IMG/VR virus record: IMGVR_UViG_2931768940_000002
Reading direction: 5' to 3' (one strand)
DNA length: 64,000 nucleotides
DNA from: an uncultured virus (IMG/VR IMGVR_UViG_2931768940_000002)
Taxonomy: Duplodnaviria > Heunggongvirae > Uroviricota > Caudoviricetes
The notes under the pieces were generated by a model that saw only the letters and a list, made by a program, of their open reading frames with translations, made no database searches and was not told where the DNA came from. Both the position numbers and the translations under genes were made by a program. This document shows, one piece after another, positions 27,986 through 37,466 of the stretch; position 1 is the first letter of the stretch; each line of letters opens with the position of its first letter.

Positions 27986-29733
27986 CGCAGCACCACCACC
28001 CGCCCTTTGCCGCGCGCAGTTTTGCGCTTCTCGTTTTTCGGGCTGTTCAGGATGATGCGACGCAACATCCGGGCCCCGATCATGCAGATCGCAAGGTCGA
28101 TCTTCCGGGCCGACTCGCGGTGCTCTTTCCCGATCGTGATCCCCCAAGCGTTCGTCCGTCGCCGGGCATTGATCACGTGCATTCGCATCACCTTGTGCCC
28201 GTCGTGGACGAGCTGCCGCTGGAGAATGTCCTCCCGGGTCCGCTTCACCGCCTCGGTGAACTGCTCCTGGTTGCGGCGATCACGCATGTCCCAGCGGACC
28301 GCGTGAGCCTTCGGACCAGCGATCACAGCACGAAGCAGGAGCTTCTTGCCGTAGGCCTGCCCCCACCGATCCAAGAAGGCGTCCCAGTACATCTCGCCGT
28401 CCTCGTCCTGACCTGAGCCAGGGTCGGCAAAGAATGCCAGCACCTTGAACCGGTTGAAAGCGTTCTGCACGACGCCGTCGACATCCTCGCGCGGCACCCG
28501 GTACGGGGCATATCCAGGCGAGTCCGGCGACGGCCAGTTCGGCGGCTTCTGCCACACCCCTAGCGCCGACACCAACCCGTCCGACATGCGGCAAGCAGCA
28601 AGGCCAGTCGCATCGTCCGACTTCGAGCCGTCGAAAAACAGGACCACCTCGTCGCCGTCGGCCAGCGTCAGATCCTCGCGCTTGCAGGCTTCCCACTCGT
28701 GGCGGGCCATCCATGCATCCTCGGCCGCATCGATCTGGTTGTACCAGAACCGCCGACTGCGGCTTGGAGGGTTGCGGACGTCAAGAATTGACGCCTTCAG
28801 CCGCTCAATGTCCAGCCACGTCGAGTCCCCGCGGACCGCTCGAAGCGTCGGGACGATCCACGCCTCCGTCAGCTTCGCCTCAGGAGGAGCTTCCAAGCTG
28901 TCATAGAACAGCCCCGTGTCCGCTGCCTTGCCGGCCTCTGTCGCCTCATAAGCGTCCCGAGTCCGTTCCGCAACCGAGTCCTCGCCCGGCTCGAACGCGT
29001 TCGTGTTCGCCAGCGAGCGGGTCTGCCCGTCGGACGACTTGGTGGCGTTGCGCTCAATGACGGCTGCCATCTCGTGGCCGCCATTCGAGGCCAGCCAGTG
29101 ATGGGTCTCCCCCATATTGACTGCCGTTGGGCGCCCGCCCTCCAAGGCGCGCGGCGAACTCGTGACCGCCTCGATTCGGGCCCGCCCCTTGTCGGCGTAG
29201 ATGATCTCCTTGCCGAGATCGATCCGGTACTCCTCGATCGCCCGCTTCGTGAAGATCGAAGGAAACAGCGTCATCGTGTTCCGGGTCTGATCCTGCGACA
29301 CCGCGGCGATCTGAACCCAGGCTGCCGGATGCTGAGACCCCAACGGCTGCCCCGGCGGGACACCCCACTCATTGCCCTCGTCGGCTACCTGGCCAAAGCG
29401 GCACGGACCGACGAACTCAAAGGCCGAGTACGTGGCCACGAGCGGATCCTTGCCGTGCCCCTTGAGACGTTGGATGACGCCATCGCGGTACAGGAACCGG
29501 TTCGTCACCGGATCCATCGCGTACCACCACAACGTCAAACGAGCCTGCTCGGGCGTGTACTGCCATGGCCGGCCCACGTAGTGCTGCAGGTACGTCTTCG
29601 TCCAGGAAAGGCAATGCCAGCCCAACGTGTACTCCGGCAGCAGGAACCTGCCATCAGGGCCACGCTTCCAAGTGGGCCCCAGCGTGAAGGGTTCGACGAC
29701 GTCGGGGACCTGCTCGTCAGTCTCCTGAGCCAT
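27982..29733 (-). CDS. terL: Terminase large subunit
   Basis: RLKGHGKDP Walker A, AAVSQDQT, ETHHW, FDGSKSDDAT, KIDL. Confidence 0.95.
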   Translation of the reverse strand: MAQETDEQVPDVVEPFTLGPTWKRGPDGRFLLPEYTLGWHCLSWTKTYLQHYVGRPWQYTPEQARLTLWWYAMDPVTNRFLYRDGVIQRLKGHGKDPLVATYSAFEFVGPCRFGQVADEGNEWGVPPGQPLGSQHPAAWVQIAAVSQDQTRNTMTLFPSIFTKRAIEEYRIDLGKEIIYADKGRARIEAVTSSPRALEGGRPTAVNMGETHHWLASNGGHEMAAVIERNATKSSDGQTRSLANTNAFEPGEDSVAERTRDAYEATEAGKAADTGLFYDSLEAPPEAKLTEAWIVPTLRAVRGDSTWLDIERLKASILDVRNPPSRSRRFWYNQIDAAEDAWMARHEWEACKREDLTLADGDEVVLFFDGSKSDDATGLAACRMSDGLVSALGVWQKPPNWPSPDSPGYAPYRVPREDVDGVVQNAFNRFKVLAFFADPGSGQDEDGEMYWDAFLDRWGQAYGKKLLLRAVIAGPKAHAVRWDMRDRRNQEQFTEAVKRTREDILQRQLVHDGHKVMRMHVINARRRTNAWGITIGKEHRESARKIDLAICMIGARMLRRIILNSPKNEKRKTARGKGRVVVLR

Positions 29734-29968
29734 GACGGGTCACCAGCGGTGAGCGCCGCTTCAGTTCGTTTCTACGGAGACAGGCTTCGATCTCCTCCTG
29801 GTCAGCCCGGTCGAAGAAGCCCCGCAGCCGGACCACGGCAAAGTCACGTAGCCCCTCGATCATCCGCGTCGAGCTGGCGTACAAGCACTGCCGCGACGAG
29901 ATGCCATGCAGGCGGGCCCAGGCCTGCGCCTCAGCCTGACTGCCCGCACAGACGACGTACTTCAACAC
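29717..29968 (-). CDS. Small hypothetical protein between TerS and TerL
   Basis: Fills the gap and overlaps the TerL start. Confidence 0.55.
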   Translation of the reverse strand: MLKYVVCAGSQAEAQAWARLHGISSRQCLYASSTRMIEGLRDFAVVRLRGFFDRADQEEIEACLRRNELKRRSPLVTRHGSGD

Positions 29969-29969
29969 A

Positions 29970-30407
29970 TCAGCCCCCTGCGATATCGCGGTACGAGTCA
30001 AGCGGGCTCACCGACGCAAGCTTCGGACCGACAGGCTTCTTCCGCTCCAACTCCATGCGAGCACGCCGCCGGTCACCCTCGGTGGTCAACAGTGACGACA
30101 TCACAGAGTTCAGCGCTGCGACCAGTTGGCCGTTCGGGCCGCGGTCCGACAGCAGCACCTGCGACATCACGTGAGCCGCATACCGGGCCATCGCCCAGTC
30201 CGACGGCTCGTAGAACGCCGACTGCCCCGACTCCCGCAGAGAGAGGTACCAGTCAGCAGCGATCGGATGCCACAGCGCATCCGGCTCCGGAAGATCGGGC
30301 AAGTCCTCAGGGCCGCCGGATGGGGCCTGGATCATTTCAGGGCCGTCGTCCTTGTTGCGGCGACGGCGCTCCTCGGAACGCTTCGGGATAGGTCCGTGCG
30401 CGCCCAT
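29970..30407 (-). CDS. terS: Terminase small subunit
   Basis: GPIPKRSEERRRRN, WHPIA, SGQ..FYEPSDW, TEGDRRR. Confidence 0.9.
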   Translation of the reverse strand: MGAHGPIPKRSEERRRRNKDDGPEMIQAPSGGPEDLPDLPEPDALWHPIAADWYLSLRESGQSAFYEPSDWAMARYAAHVMSQVLLSDRGPNGQLVAALNSVMSSLLTTEGDRRRARMELERKKPVGPKLASVSPLDSYRDIAGG

Positions 30408-30493
30408 GACGACCTCCAGGGTCAGAGCACGCCACCAGGGCGCGCGAAGGGCTGGATCAACAACAGCGCCCCCTCAGGGACGCCGCCGGGGCG

Positions 30494-31132
30494 TCACACG
30501 AGCGAGGCAATCACACCGGCTGCATCAGGCAGCTCGGCAAGCTCAAGAGGCGTCCCGCTCACACGGTCGCCAATGATGATGTAGCGGCGGTCGGAGTAGA
30601 CCTCAACCGCCAACTCGTTCTTGCGGATCCGCCGGCCAGCAGGAACCTCACCGCGGAACCACAGATGCAGACCGGTACCGGACCGGCCGCGCTCCATATA
30701 CGTCGTAGGCAGGGCGTCCACGATCCGCTGCGCCCACGGCAGCACGCGCCCGTCCTCAACCGCACAATCCAGATCGATAACGACGATCCGGTCGTGCGGG
30801 GTGAGCACGAAGCCGATACCCTCGCCGACCGACGCGGTGACAACCGCGTCGAAGTCCGACCAGGACGACGGGTCGTTGACCGCAGCGAACCTGCCGTCTA
30901 CCCGAAGCGGCACCTTCCGTGAGCTGTAGCGCACCCACCTAGGGCGCGACGTCAGCTCGACTGGGACCCGGGCCGCCTGCTCAGACGCCACACGCTGGCG
31001 CCGGGCGGCCAGGCGCGACCTGTGCGCCCGCTTCCGGCACGTGTCACCGCAGAATCTGGCGTCGGCCCTGGCCATCAACGGCATCGGGCCGGCGCAGGAC
31101 TCGCAGCGAGTGCGGCGCGCGGTCATGGTCAT
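30494..31132 (-). CDS. Prim-pol (AEP-like) domain protein with an N-terminal Zn ribbon
   Basis: CESC...FCGDTCR; DPSSWSDF, GIGFVL, IDLD, SGTGLHLW, VEVYS; TAGACT -10 box 6 nt upstream (leaderless). Confidence 0.8.
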   Translation of the reverse strand: MTMTARRTRCESCAGPMPLMARADARFCGDTCRKRAHRSRLAARRQRVASEQAARVPVELTSRPRWVRYSSRKVPLRVDGRFAAVNDPSSWSDFDAVVTASVGEGIGFVLTPHDRIVVIDLDCAVEDGRVLPWAQRIVDALPTTYMERGRSGTGLHLWFRGEVPAGRRIRKNELAVEVYSDRRYIIIGDRVSGTPLELAELPDAAGVIASLV

Positions 31133-31254
31133 GGGTGGAGTCTACCGGATCGATGTCACGGCTACAGCCCTTTGACCTGCACTGATTCGAACTCTGCCGC
31201 CAAAGCGGGACGGAGACCTAAGCGGTTGGTCATGAGTCTCTGCAGGCCGGGGGC

Positions 31255-31480
31255 CTAGGGAACCCGTACAGAGGCTCAGGTGCTATACGGCCCCGATCTC
31301 CAAAAGATCATGATCATGGGTATCCCCCCAGGGTGATCATGGTCGCTTTGGATCAAGGAATCTCGTGATCGTCCGGATCATGGGCCGACCCGGCCGGCCA
31401 GCTCACAGCCCCTCACGACCGTCGTCGCGTTGACCTCATTGGCCTTGACCATCGAACCTTGATCACTCATCGAGCATCAC
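31255..31480. other. Putative cos/packaging-initiation region
   Basis: Non-coding gap between the HNH cluster and TerS; G-run GGGGGGATACCC and CGGGGCCGTATAGC on the minus strand; cluster of GATC motifs. Confidence 0.45.
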
Positions 31481-31649
31481 GTGATGCATGACCATCGCGA
31501 CCTCGCCATGCTTGCCTCGCCCGAGCCGTGCCTGGCCGGCCCGCGCCCACCCCGGTACGGGGCAGCGGCTCATGGGCGTTGATGCCTGCTCGCTGGTTGG
31601 CCTTCGTCGTTCGAGCTTCATTCGTTTGCTTGTTGATCGAAGACTTCGA

Positions 31650-31886
31650 CTACCTGCGGCGCCGGCCGACGTTGGCCCTACTCCCGGTGTATACACCTGT
31701 CGCTCGTCGGTGCATGAGCTGGCAGTAGCCCTTGGCCCTTGCCCCCATGTACTTGGAGAGCTGGCGGTTGCACCTGGTCCAGTCGCCTGGTGTTCCCCAT
31801 CGGATCTTGGCGGCGCCGGCTCCGCTGGTCCAGTAGCGGCGGAGGGTTTCGGCGTTACCGCGTTTGCTTCGGCCTCGGCTGGCCAC
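31650..31886 (-). CDS. Small basic phage protein
   Basis: LRRYW..GAGAAKIRWGTPGDWTRC...GYC...H motif recalled from actinophage proteins. Confidence 0.65.
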   Translation of the reverse strand: MASRGRSKRGNAETLRRYWTSGAGAAKIRWGTPGDWTRCNRQLSKYMGARAKGYCQLMHRRATGVYTGSRANVGRRRR

Positions 31887-31891
31887 AGTGA

Positions 31892-32089
31892 TCACTCCTT
31901 CTGCGGCGCGGGCTCTGCTTGGTGGTCTACCCGTTGGATCTGGGCTTCATTGGCGGGGAGGGCGAGGAAGGTGCCTTGGGTATCGCTGAAGACGGCCCAG
32001 TTCCCGTGGAAGGTGAGGGTGAGGTCTGGGTCCTCGATGACGAGGTCTTCGCTGCCCTTGCCGGGGTGGCGGATCAGGTAGGCGGGCAT
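31892..32089 (-). CDS. Hypothetical protein
   Basis: Co-oriented short ORF. Confidence 0.55.
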   Translation of the reverse strand: MPAYLIRHPGKGSEDLVIEDPDLTLTFHGNWAVFSDTQGTFLALPANEAQIQRVDHQAEPAPQKE

Positions 32090-32101
32090 GATCACCGCCT
32101 G

Positions 32102-32395
32102 TCAGAGGAGGCCGGGGTGTTGCTCGGGCGGCCTGGTGCGGCTGGGGCCGCCTTTCGCCTTGGCGGCGACTGCCCCTTCTCTGGCCGACTTCTGGTCGTG
32201 GCAGGGGCCGCAGAGGCCTTGGAGTCCGGTGTCGCTGTGGTCGTCGGCCTTGGCTACGATGTGGTCGCAGAAAGCGGAGGGCCGCACGTTGCAGATTTTG
32301 CAGATCGGGTCGCGTTCGAGAATGCGCGCCCGGATCGTGGCCCACCCGGAGGGGAGACGCTGGCGCCTGTTACTGCCTGCCCATCCTCCGGCCAT
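32102..32395 (-). CDS. HNH endonuclease (terminase-associated)
   Basis: ILERDPICKIC...DHI...LQGLCGPCHDQKS. Confidence 0.88.
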   Translation of the reverse strand: MAGGWAGSNRRQRLPSGWATIRARILERDPICKICNVRPSAFCDHIVAKADDHSDTGLQGLCGPCHDQKSAREGAVAAKAKGGPSRTRPPEQHPGLL

Positions 32396-32423
32396 GCGGT
32401 CCCCCTCGCTCTAGGCTGGGCGG

Positions 32424-32663
32424 GTGGGGATCTTCTCTTCGGCTAAGCCGCAAGCATTCGTTGAGTCTGCGCAGGTTCGTTTCGGTGCCGGGCATACCGT
32501 TTACACGATCGCCTGGGAGGGCCCGTCAGGGCGTATTGGTCCGCTTGATGAGTTCTCGAACTTGGTGGAGTTAGTGGAGGCCGAGGGGTGGCGTTTGGAT
32601 CGTGTGGAGCCGCTGGTGTTCACCGGCGGGCGGCCGACGATCCTTCTGGTGTTCCGGAGGTAG
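32424..32663 (+). CDS. Small antisense leaderless protein (DUF4177-like)
   Basis: TAGGCT 6 nt before GTG; EAEGWRL...LVFRR C-terminus. Confidence 0.55.
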   Translation: MGIFSSAKPQAFVESAQVRFGAGHTVYTIAWEGPSGRIGPLDEFSNLVELVEAEGWRLDRVEPLVFTGGRPTILLVFRR

Positions 32664-32717
32664 ACGTCCGGTTGCAGCCGGTACCTTCGGGGAGTTCGAG
32701 GATCTACAGGCGGGCCA

Positions 32718-32996
32718 TCAGCTGACCTTCCTGGGGAAGGGGACGACTGGGGCGAGGAAGATGCCGTGCTTGTCCCAGTAGTGGATCTCGTCCACTTCGG
32801 GCTGGCCGTTGACCTCCCGCAGGATCACTTCCATGGTCGCGGCCTGGTCGGGCGCGTCGCTCATTTCCATGTCGAGGATGGTGCAGGCGTCGCAGGTGGC
32901 GCTGGCCCGTCGCCCGGTCTCACGCCCGTTAAGCATGGGTCGGATCGCTTCGAAGTCGTCGAGGACTTCGTTGGCGATGTGCAGTTCGGTGGCCAT
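32718..32996 (-). CDS. Hypothetical protein
   Basis: MATELHIAN; TGATG coupling. Confidence 0.5.
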   Translation of the reverse strand: MATELHIANEVLDDFEAIRPMLNGRETGRRASATCDACTILDMEMSDAPDQAATMEVILREVNGQPEVDEIHYWDKHGIFLAPVVPFPRKVS

Positions 32997-33175
32997 CAGC
33001 TGGTTGCCGCCCCGTCGTGGATGAGGACGCTGCGGATGTTCGCGGTGGGGGCGAGGTAGATCGTCCGCTTCTGGGCATCCAGGACGAGGAAGACGCCTTC
33101 GGACCATTCGTGGCCGGGGGCGTTGGCGACGGTGTCAACGCTTCCGTCGAGGTAGTTGATCTCGTATCGGGCCAT
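32996..33175 (-). CDS. 59-aa hypothetical protein (not in the ORF track)
   Basis: MARYEINYLDG...; GGAG ribosome-binding site; coupled stop. Confidence 0.5.
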   Translation of the reverse strand: MARYEINYLDGSVDTVANAPGHEWSEGVFLVLDAQKRTIYLAPTANIRSVLIHDGAATS

Positions 33176-33193
33176 GGCGCGGGCTCCAGGGGG

Positions 33194-33424
33194 TCAGGTG
33201 TCTTCGTGGTGGATGGTGATGCGCCGGGCGAACATGGTGACCGTGACGGTCACGGCGTCGTCATCCGTGATGTCGTGGATCTTGATGGTGGATCCTGACG
33301 GGATTGGCACCTCGACGCCGTTGATGCGGACGGCGCTGGGGATGAGCACCTGGTCGCCGTTGTGCCGGTCGATGATCTCGATGTCAGCGCCGCGGCGGGG
33401 GCCCGGCTTGCGCATGTCGGTCAC
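33194..33424 (-). CDS. Hypothetical protein
   Basis: GTGA overlap; VRINGVEV...VTVTMFARRI. Confidence 0.5.
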   Translation of the reverse strand: MTDMRKPGPRRGADIEIIDRHNGDQVLIPSAVRINGVEVPIPSGSTIKIHDITDDDAVTVTVTMFARRITIHHEDT

Positions 33425-33708
33425 GGCGTCGACTCCGATTCGTCGGCGGCCGGCTCGGTTCCGCCCGTTCCGAAGAAGCTGTCGAGGATCTCTCCGAACG
33501 TCTTCAAGGACCGGTCGGCGAGCTGGTTCCCGCTGGCCTTCTGCACGTAGGAGCTGATCGCGGCGGCCTGGTTGCGGATGTCGGCGGGGACGTTGTTGAG
33601 GACCCCGTTCAGGCAGGGGTCGCTCTTTGCGTGGAGGTCCTCGTGGTGCTGCATGGCGATGATGAGGTTCCATACCCAGAGGGGGAGGTCGGGGACGGGG
33701 GAAGCCAT
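33421..33708 (-). CDS. Hypothetical protein
   Basis: Co-oriented ORF with a ribosome-binding site. Confidence 0.5.
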   Translation of the reverse strand: MASPVPDLPLWVWNLIIAMQHHEDLHAKSDPCLNGVLNNVPADIRNQAAAISSYVQKASGNQLADRSLKTFGEILDSFFGTGGTEPAADESESTP

Positions 33709-33914
33709 GGCGCGGGCCTTCCGTGAGGGTTAGTGCTGTCGCTGGTGGTGTTCGGCTTCAGCGATCAGCTCAGGTAGGGATGGGCTGTAGTCCTTGGGCC
33801 ACCAGCGCACATCGCCGCGCCCTGCGGTCTGCGAGCAGTGGTCGCAGGTGAGGGCGACGATCGGGGCGTCTGCGGACGGTTCGTCGGCTGAGATCCGGTA
33901 GCCGTCGAGGTCGC

Positions 33915-34454
33915 TCACGTCCGTGTCCACCACCAGCATCCGAGGGTTGACCCGCGGTAGGTGTCGACCTTGCCGCCGAGCCGGCCCATGACGGTGTCCA
34001 TGTCGTCCGGGTCCCATTGGTGGAGGTGGGCTTCGTGCGGGTTGCCGTCGACTTCGCCTTGGGGGCTGTCGACGATGGGGACGGAGGCGAGCAGGTTCCA
34101 GGCGCCGGCGGCCACGGCCCGTTCCAGGAGGGCGACGGCGTCTTCGCGGGGGAGGTGCTCAAGGACGTCGCCGAAGAGCACGAGGTCCCGGTGGAACAGG
34201 TGGTCTTCGGACTGCCGGATGTCCTCGACGTGGATCTCGTCGTACATGCGGCGGGTCTTCGTGGAACGCAGCTTGTACTTGGCCACGTAGGGCTTGTGGA
34301 TCTCCACCGCGGTCCACCAGACACCCTCATGTACCGGCCGGAACAGCTTGGCGTAGGTGCCCTCACCGGGCCCGACGTCGGTGACCGTGTGCGGCAGGTG
34401 GTAGCGGAACCGTTCGAGGGACCAGTCCTTGCCCTCGGCGTCACTCGTGGGCAT
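33915..34454 (-). CDS. Class I SAM-dependent methyltransferase
   Basis: DVGPGEG motif I; GDVLEHL; NPHEAH. Confidence 0.82.
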   Translation of the reverse strand: MPTSDAEGKDWSLERFRYHLPHTVTDVGPGEGTYAKLFRPVHEGVWWTAVEIHKPYVAKYKLRSTKTRRMYDEIHVEDIRQSEDHLFHRDLVLFGDVLEHLPREDAVALLERAVAAGAWNLLASVPIVDSPQGEVDGNPHEAHLHQWDPDDMDTVMGRLGGKVDTYRGSTLGCWWWTRT

Positions 34455-34483
34455 GGGGTCCTCCTGCAGCTGGGTGATGAGGG

Positions 34484-35611
34484 TCAGGCGGTGCGGGTGA
34501 GCCGTAGCCACGACCCGGCTTTGAGAACGGTGGGGGTGGCGGAGCTGGCGGCCTGGGCCCACTGGATGGTGAGAGTTCCGTCGGCCCCTGCGGTGAGCGC
34601 ACCGAGTGGGGCGACGATGAGGCCGGCGGCGGTGATGCCGACTCCGATGGACTGGCCGAGGTCGTAGCGGGTGAGCCGGATGGATCCGGTGCCGTCGGAT
34701 ACGCCGAGGGTGATGGCGCCGGGTGTCCAGTGTCCGGTGGAGCCGGGTGGTGCGGTCAGGGTGAGGAGGAGGTCGCCGGCGGGGTCGCCGATGGCGATGA
34801 GGCAGGCGTCGATGGTGTATCGGCTGCCTGCGGTGACGGGGAGGGTGAGGTGGTCGTCGGCTTGGAGGGTGACGCTGCTGGTGACTTGCTCGTCGGTGGG
34901 TTTGTCGACGGTGCGGGTGACTCCGGGCTGGTCGCCGGTCGGGGGGATTCCTGCGGGTCCTTGAGGGCCGGTTGCGCCGGTGTCGCCTTTGGGGCCTTGG
35001 CTTCCGGTGTCACCCTTCGGCCCAGTGGCTCCTGTGCTGCCTGCGGGACCGGCGGGTCCTTGTTCGCCGGTGGCGCCCGTTGCGCCGGCTGGCCCGGTGG
35101 GTCCTGTCGATCCGGGGTTCCCGGTGTCTCCCTTGGGTCCTGCTGGTCCTGTCGTACCGGCGGGGCCTGTTGCTCCTTGGGGGCCGGTTGTACCCGCGGT
35201 GCCTGCCGGTCCGGGTTCGCCTTTTGGTCCGGCGGGTCCGGTGACGATGACGTAGTCCCCGTCGTCGGGGTCGACGGGGGCGATGGCGGCAAACTTGACG
35301 ACGGGCGTGGCTTTGGGGAGCAGGACGGTGCGGGTCACGGTCGGGGCGTCGTAGGCGGTCAGGGTGAGCTGGTAGGTCCCACCTTGGGGGTTGATGCCGT
35401 CGGCGTCTGAGGCGATGACGGTGATGCTGTATTCGCCGGTGGCCGTGTCGTAAGCCTGTTCCGCGGTTCCTTGGACGTCGAGGCCGGTTTCGGCGTGGAC
35501 GAAGCGGCCGGCGGTGGGGGTGAGGCGAATGCTGCCGCGCATGGGGGTGCCGTTGGGGTGGGTGCGGCGGCCGGTGATGGTGACGGTTTGCAGCTCTTCG
35601 GGGAGTGCCAT
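34484..35611 (-). CDS. Collagen-like virion protein
   Basis: Long uninterrupted Gly-X-Y run (GPAGPKGEP...) flanked by beta-rich domains. Confidence 0.85.
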   Translation of the reverse strand: MALPEELQTVTITGRRTHPNGTPMRGSIRLTPTAGRFVHAETGLDVQGTAEQAYDTATGEYSITVIASDADGINPQGGTYQLTLTAYDAPTVTRTVLLPKATPVVKFAAIAPVDPDDGDYVIVTGPAGPKGEPGPAGTAGTTGPQGATGPAGTTGPAGPKGDTGNPGSTGPTGPAGATGATGEQGPAGPAGSTGATGPKGDTGSQGPKGDTGATGPQGPAGIPPTGDQPGVTRTVDKPTDEQVTSSVTLQADDHLTLPVTAGSRYTIDACLIAIGDPAGDLLLTLTAPPGSTGHWTPGAITLGVSDGTGSIRLTRYDLGQSIGVGITAAGLIVAPLGALTAGADGTLTIQWAQAASSATPTVLKAGSWLRLTRTA

Positions 35612-35791
35612 TGGGTCCTCCCGTCTTGGGTGCCCCGCCGCCTGCGGGGAAGTGCTGGCGGCGGGGCGTCGGGGCCGGAGCGGGTCCCCGAGTCTGTGTC
35701 CGCCCGGACCCTCGACCGGGCGGACAAGATGGGCCGAGCGCGGTGGCGCTGCGAGGCCCGGCCTGCGCCCACCAGCGCAGGGGTTCATGGG

Positions 35792-36073
35792 TTAAGCGGC
35801 GTGGGCGTGTGGGCCACGGCTGTTGGCGGCGGGGTCGGCGGGCTTGTGCTTGGCGCCGCCTGCCGCTGCTCGCTCGACGGTGGGGATGTGGAAGTAGGCG
35901 CCTGCTTCGCCGTCGAGGACGGGTTCGATCTTCCCTCGGGAGACCCAGACTCGGATGGTGCCGGGCTTCACGCCGACGGCCTGGGCGGCTTCCCAGAGGG
36001 TGCCGAGCTGTTCGTCGCCTTGGAGGCGCGCAAAGTGGATGTCGAGGGGGTCGGGGTTGGCGTAAGCGACCAT
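35792..36073 (-). CDS. MerR-like HTH DNA-binding protein
   Basis: EAAQAVGVKPGTIRVWVSRGKI; GGGAGG ribosome-binding site. Confidence 0.72.
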   Translation of the reverse strand: MVAYANPDPLDIHFARLQGDEQLGTLWEAAQAVGVKPGTIRVWVSRGKIEPVLDGEAGAYFHIPTVERAAAGGAKHKPADPAANSRGPHAHAA

Positions 36074-36216
36074 GACAACCTCCCGCTGGTACGCGAAAGC
36101 CCCCACCGGTGTGTTCACGGTGAGGGCTTCGGAAGCGTGGTGTGACATGTGTGCCACGATCAAGAACAGATTTACAGTTCGGGCCCACGTTCGTCAAGCA
36201 GGACACGCACGAGCGC

Positions 36217-36684
36217 TCACGGCCGCCACGCCTCCTGATAGTTGGGGTGGTCGGCGAAGGGTTGGGCGAGGATGCGGAGTCGCCGGTTGACGCGTGCGTC
36301 TCGGCCGCAGTCGCAGGGCCCAGGTGCCCGGCTTTCGTCGAAGCAGAGTGCCGCTCCGTCCTCGTCCTTGAGAGCGGCACAGAAGTACCAGTTGTCTTCC
36401 TCGAGCCGGTAGTGCTGGTCTGCGAGGAGGTCGTTGAGTAGGGCGAGCTTGGCGTCGAGGTCGGCGATGGCGTCGGGGTCAGGTGCGGGCGCAGTGGCGA
36501 TCTCGGTGTACTTCTCGGCGGGGCAGGGGTGCCCGTCGACGTACAGCGCTTCGGGTTCACCTATCGCGTAGCGCCACTCGACGTCACGCCCGTCGAAGAC
36601 GCTGGGGATGACCTTGCGCTTGCCGTGCTCGTTCTGGCGCGCCTCCTCGTATCGGGCGCGGAGGAAGCCGGCGAGGTCGGTCAT
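36217..36684 (-). CDS. DUF6221-like protein
   Basis: DLAGFLRAR...LAQPFADHPNYQEAWRP. Confidence 0.72.
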   Translation of the reverse strand: MTDLAGFLRARYEEARQNEHGKRKVIPSVFDGRDVEWRYAIGEPEALYVDGHPCPAEKYTEIATAPAPDPDAIADLDAKLALLNDLLADQHYRLEEDNWYFCAALKDEDGAALCFDESRAPGPCDCGRDARVNRRLRILAQPFADHPNYQEAWRP

Positions 36685-37466
36685 GATGCGGCCCCTCGCA
36701 GGGTCGGCAGCGCGGGGATCGTGGACGCGAGCCAACCGTCCGCCTCCGCTGTGAAGCGTGCAGCTGGCACGGTTTCCCACCACGATCGGACCGCTGTGGT
36801 CCGCACGGTCTCGAGGGTCCGCTTATCGGTGTACTCGACGGAACGCTCCCCGGTGCGGCGGATCGTGGTCTGGCCGCGCTTGCACTGGTCGGGGTAGTCG
36901 TTCCAGTTGACGCCCTTCTCCGCCCAGAGGAGTTCCTGCATTCCGTTGCTGGTGACCCCATGGAGCCGCTTGTGGGAGAAGTGGGCTTGGGCCGCCATGC
37001 TGATGCTGTTGCGGACGGCGTCGCGCTGCCGCCACAGGAAGTAGTTCGCGACTTCGACGGGGTCGCTGATGGTGAAGACGCGGGCGTCGAAGAGGGCCCG
37101 CTTGCCGGGGCGTCGTTCGTTGAGGACGGCGGTGGCGAGGGACGCGGACACGGTGAGCTGTTTGGCGACGACTCCGCCGAACCAGGGCTGGGTCTGTGGG
37201 GTGGCGAAGTCGGTGATCAGGATGCTGATCTCGTCGGACTGGTGGTAGGCGAAGACGGTTCCGCTGATCTCTTCGCAGAGCGCTTCGGCGACGGCGGCCA
37301 TGTCGGCAATGAACTGCATGTCGAAGGGTCTTTGGGCGTCTCGCAGGTAGGTGTGGAAGGCGCGGCCGTCGAGCCGGAGGATGGTGTAGGTGCGGCGGGG
37401 CAGCACAGTCCGGTGGGCGGCTTCGTGGGCTTTCATGCGGTCGCCGAGGGCGGTGGTGTCGCTCAT
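36681..37466 (-). CDS. tRNA(His) guanylyltransferase Thg1-like 3'-5' polymerase
   Basis: RLDGRAFH, YHQSDEISI, FDARV, YFLWRQRDAVRNSIS, KGVNWND...KRG. Confidence 0.92.
   Translation of the reverse strand: MSDTTALGDRMKAHEAAHRTVLPRRTYTILRLDGRAFHTYLRDAQRPFDMQFIADMAAVAEALCEEISGTVFAYHQSDEISILITDFATPQTQPWFGGVVAKQLTVSASLATAVLNERRPGKRALFDARVFTISDPVEVANYFLWRQRDAVRNSISMAAQAHFSHKRLHGVTSNGMQELLWAEKGVNWNDYPDQCKRGQTTIRRTGERSVEYTDKRTLETVRTTAVRSWWETVPAARFTAEADGWLASTIPALPTLRGAAS

Noticed and set aside
34950..35245. Low-complexity tandem repeat
   Set aside because: Explained by collagen Gly-X-Y codons
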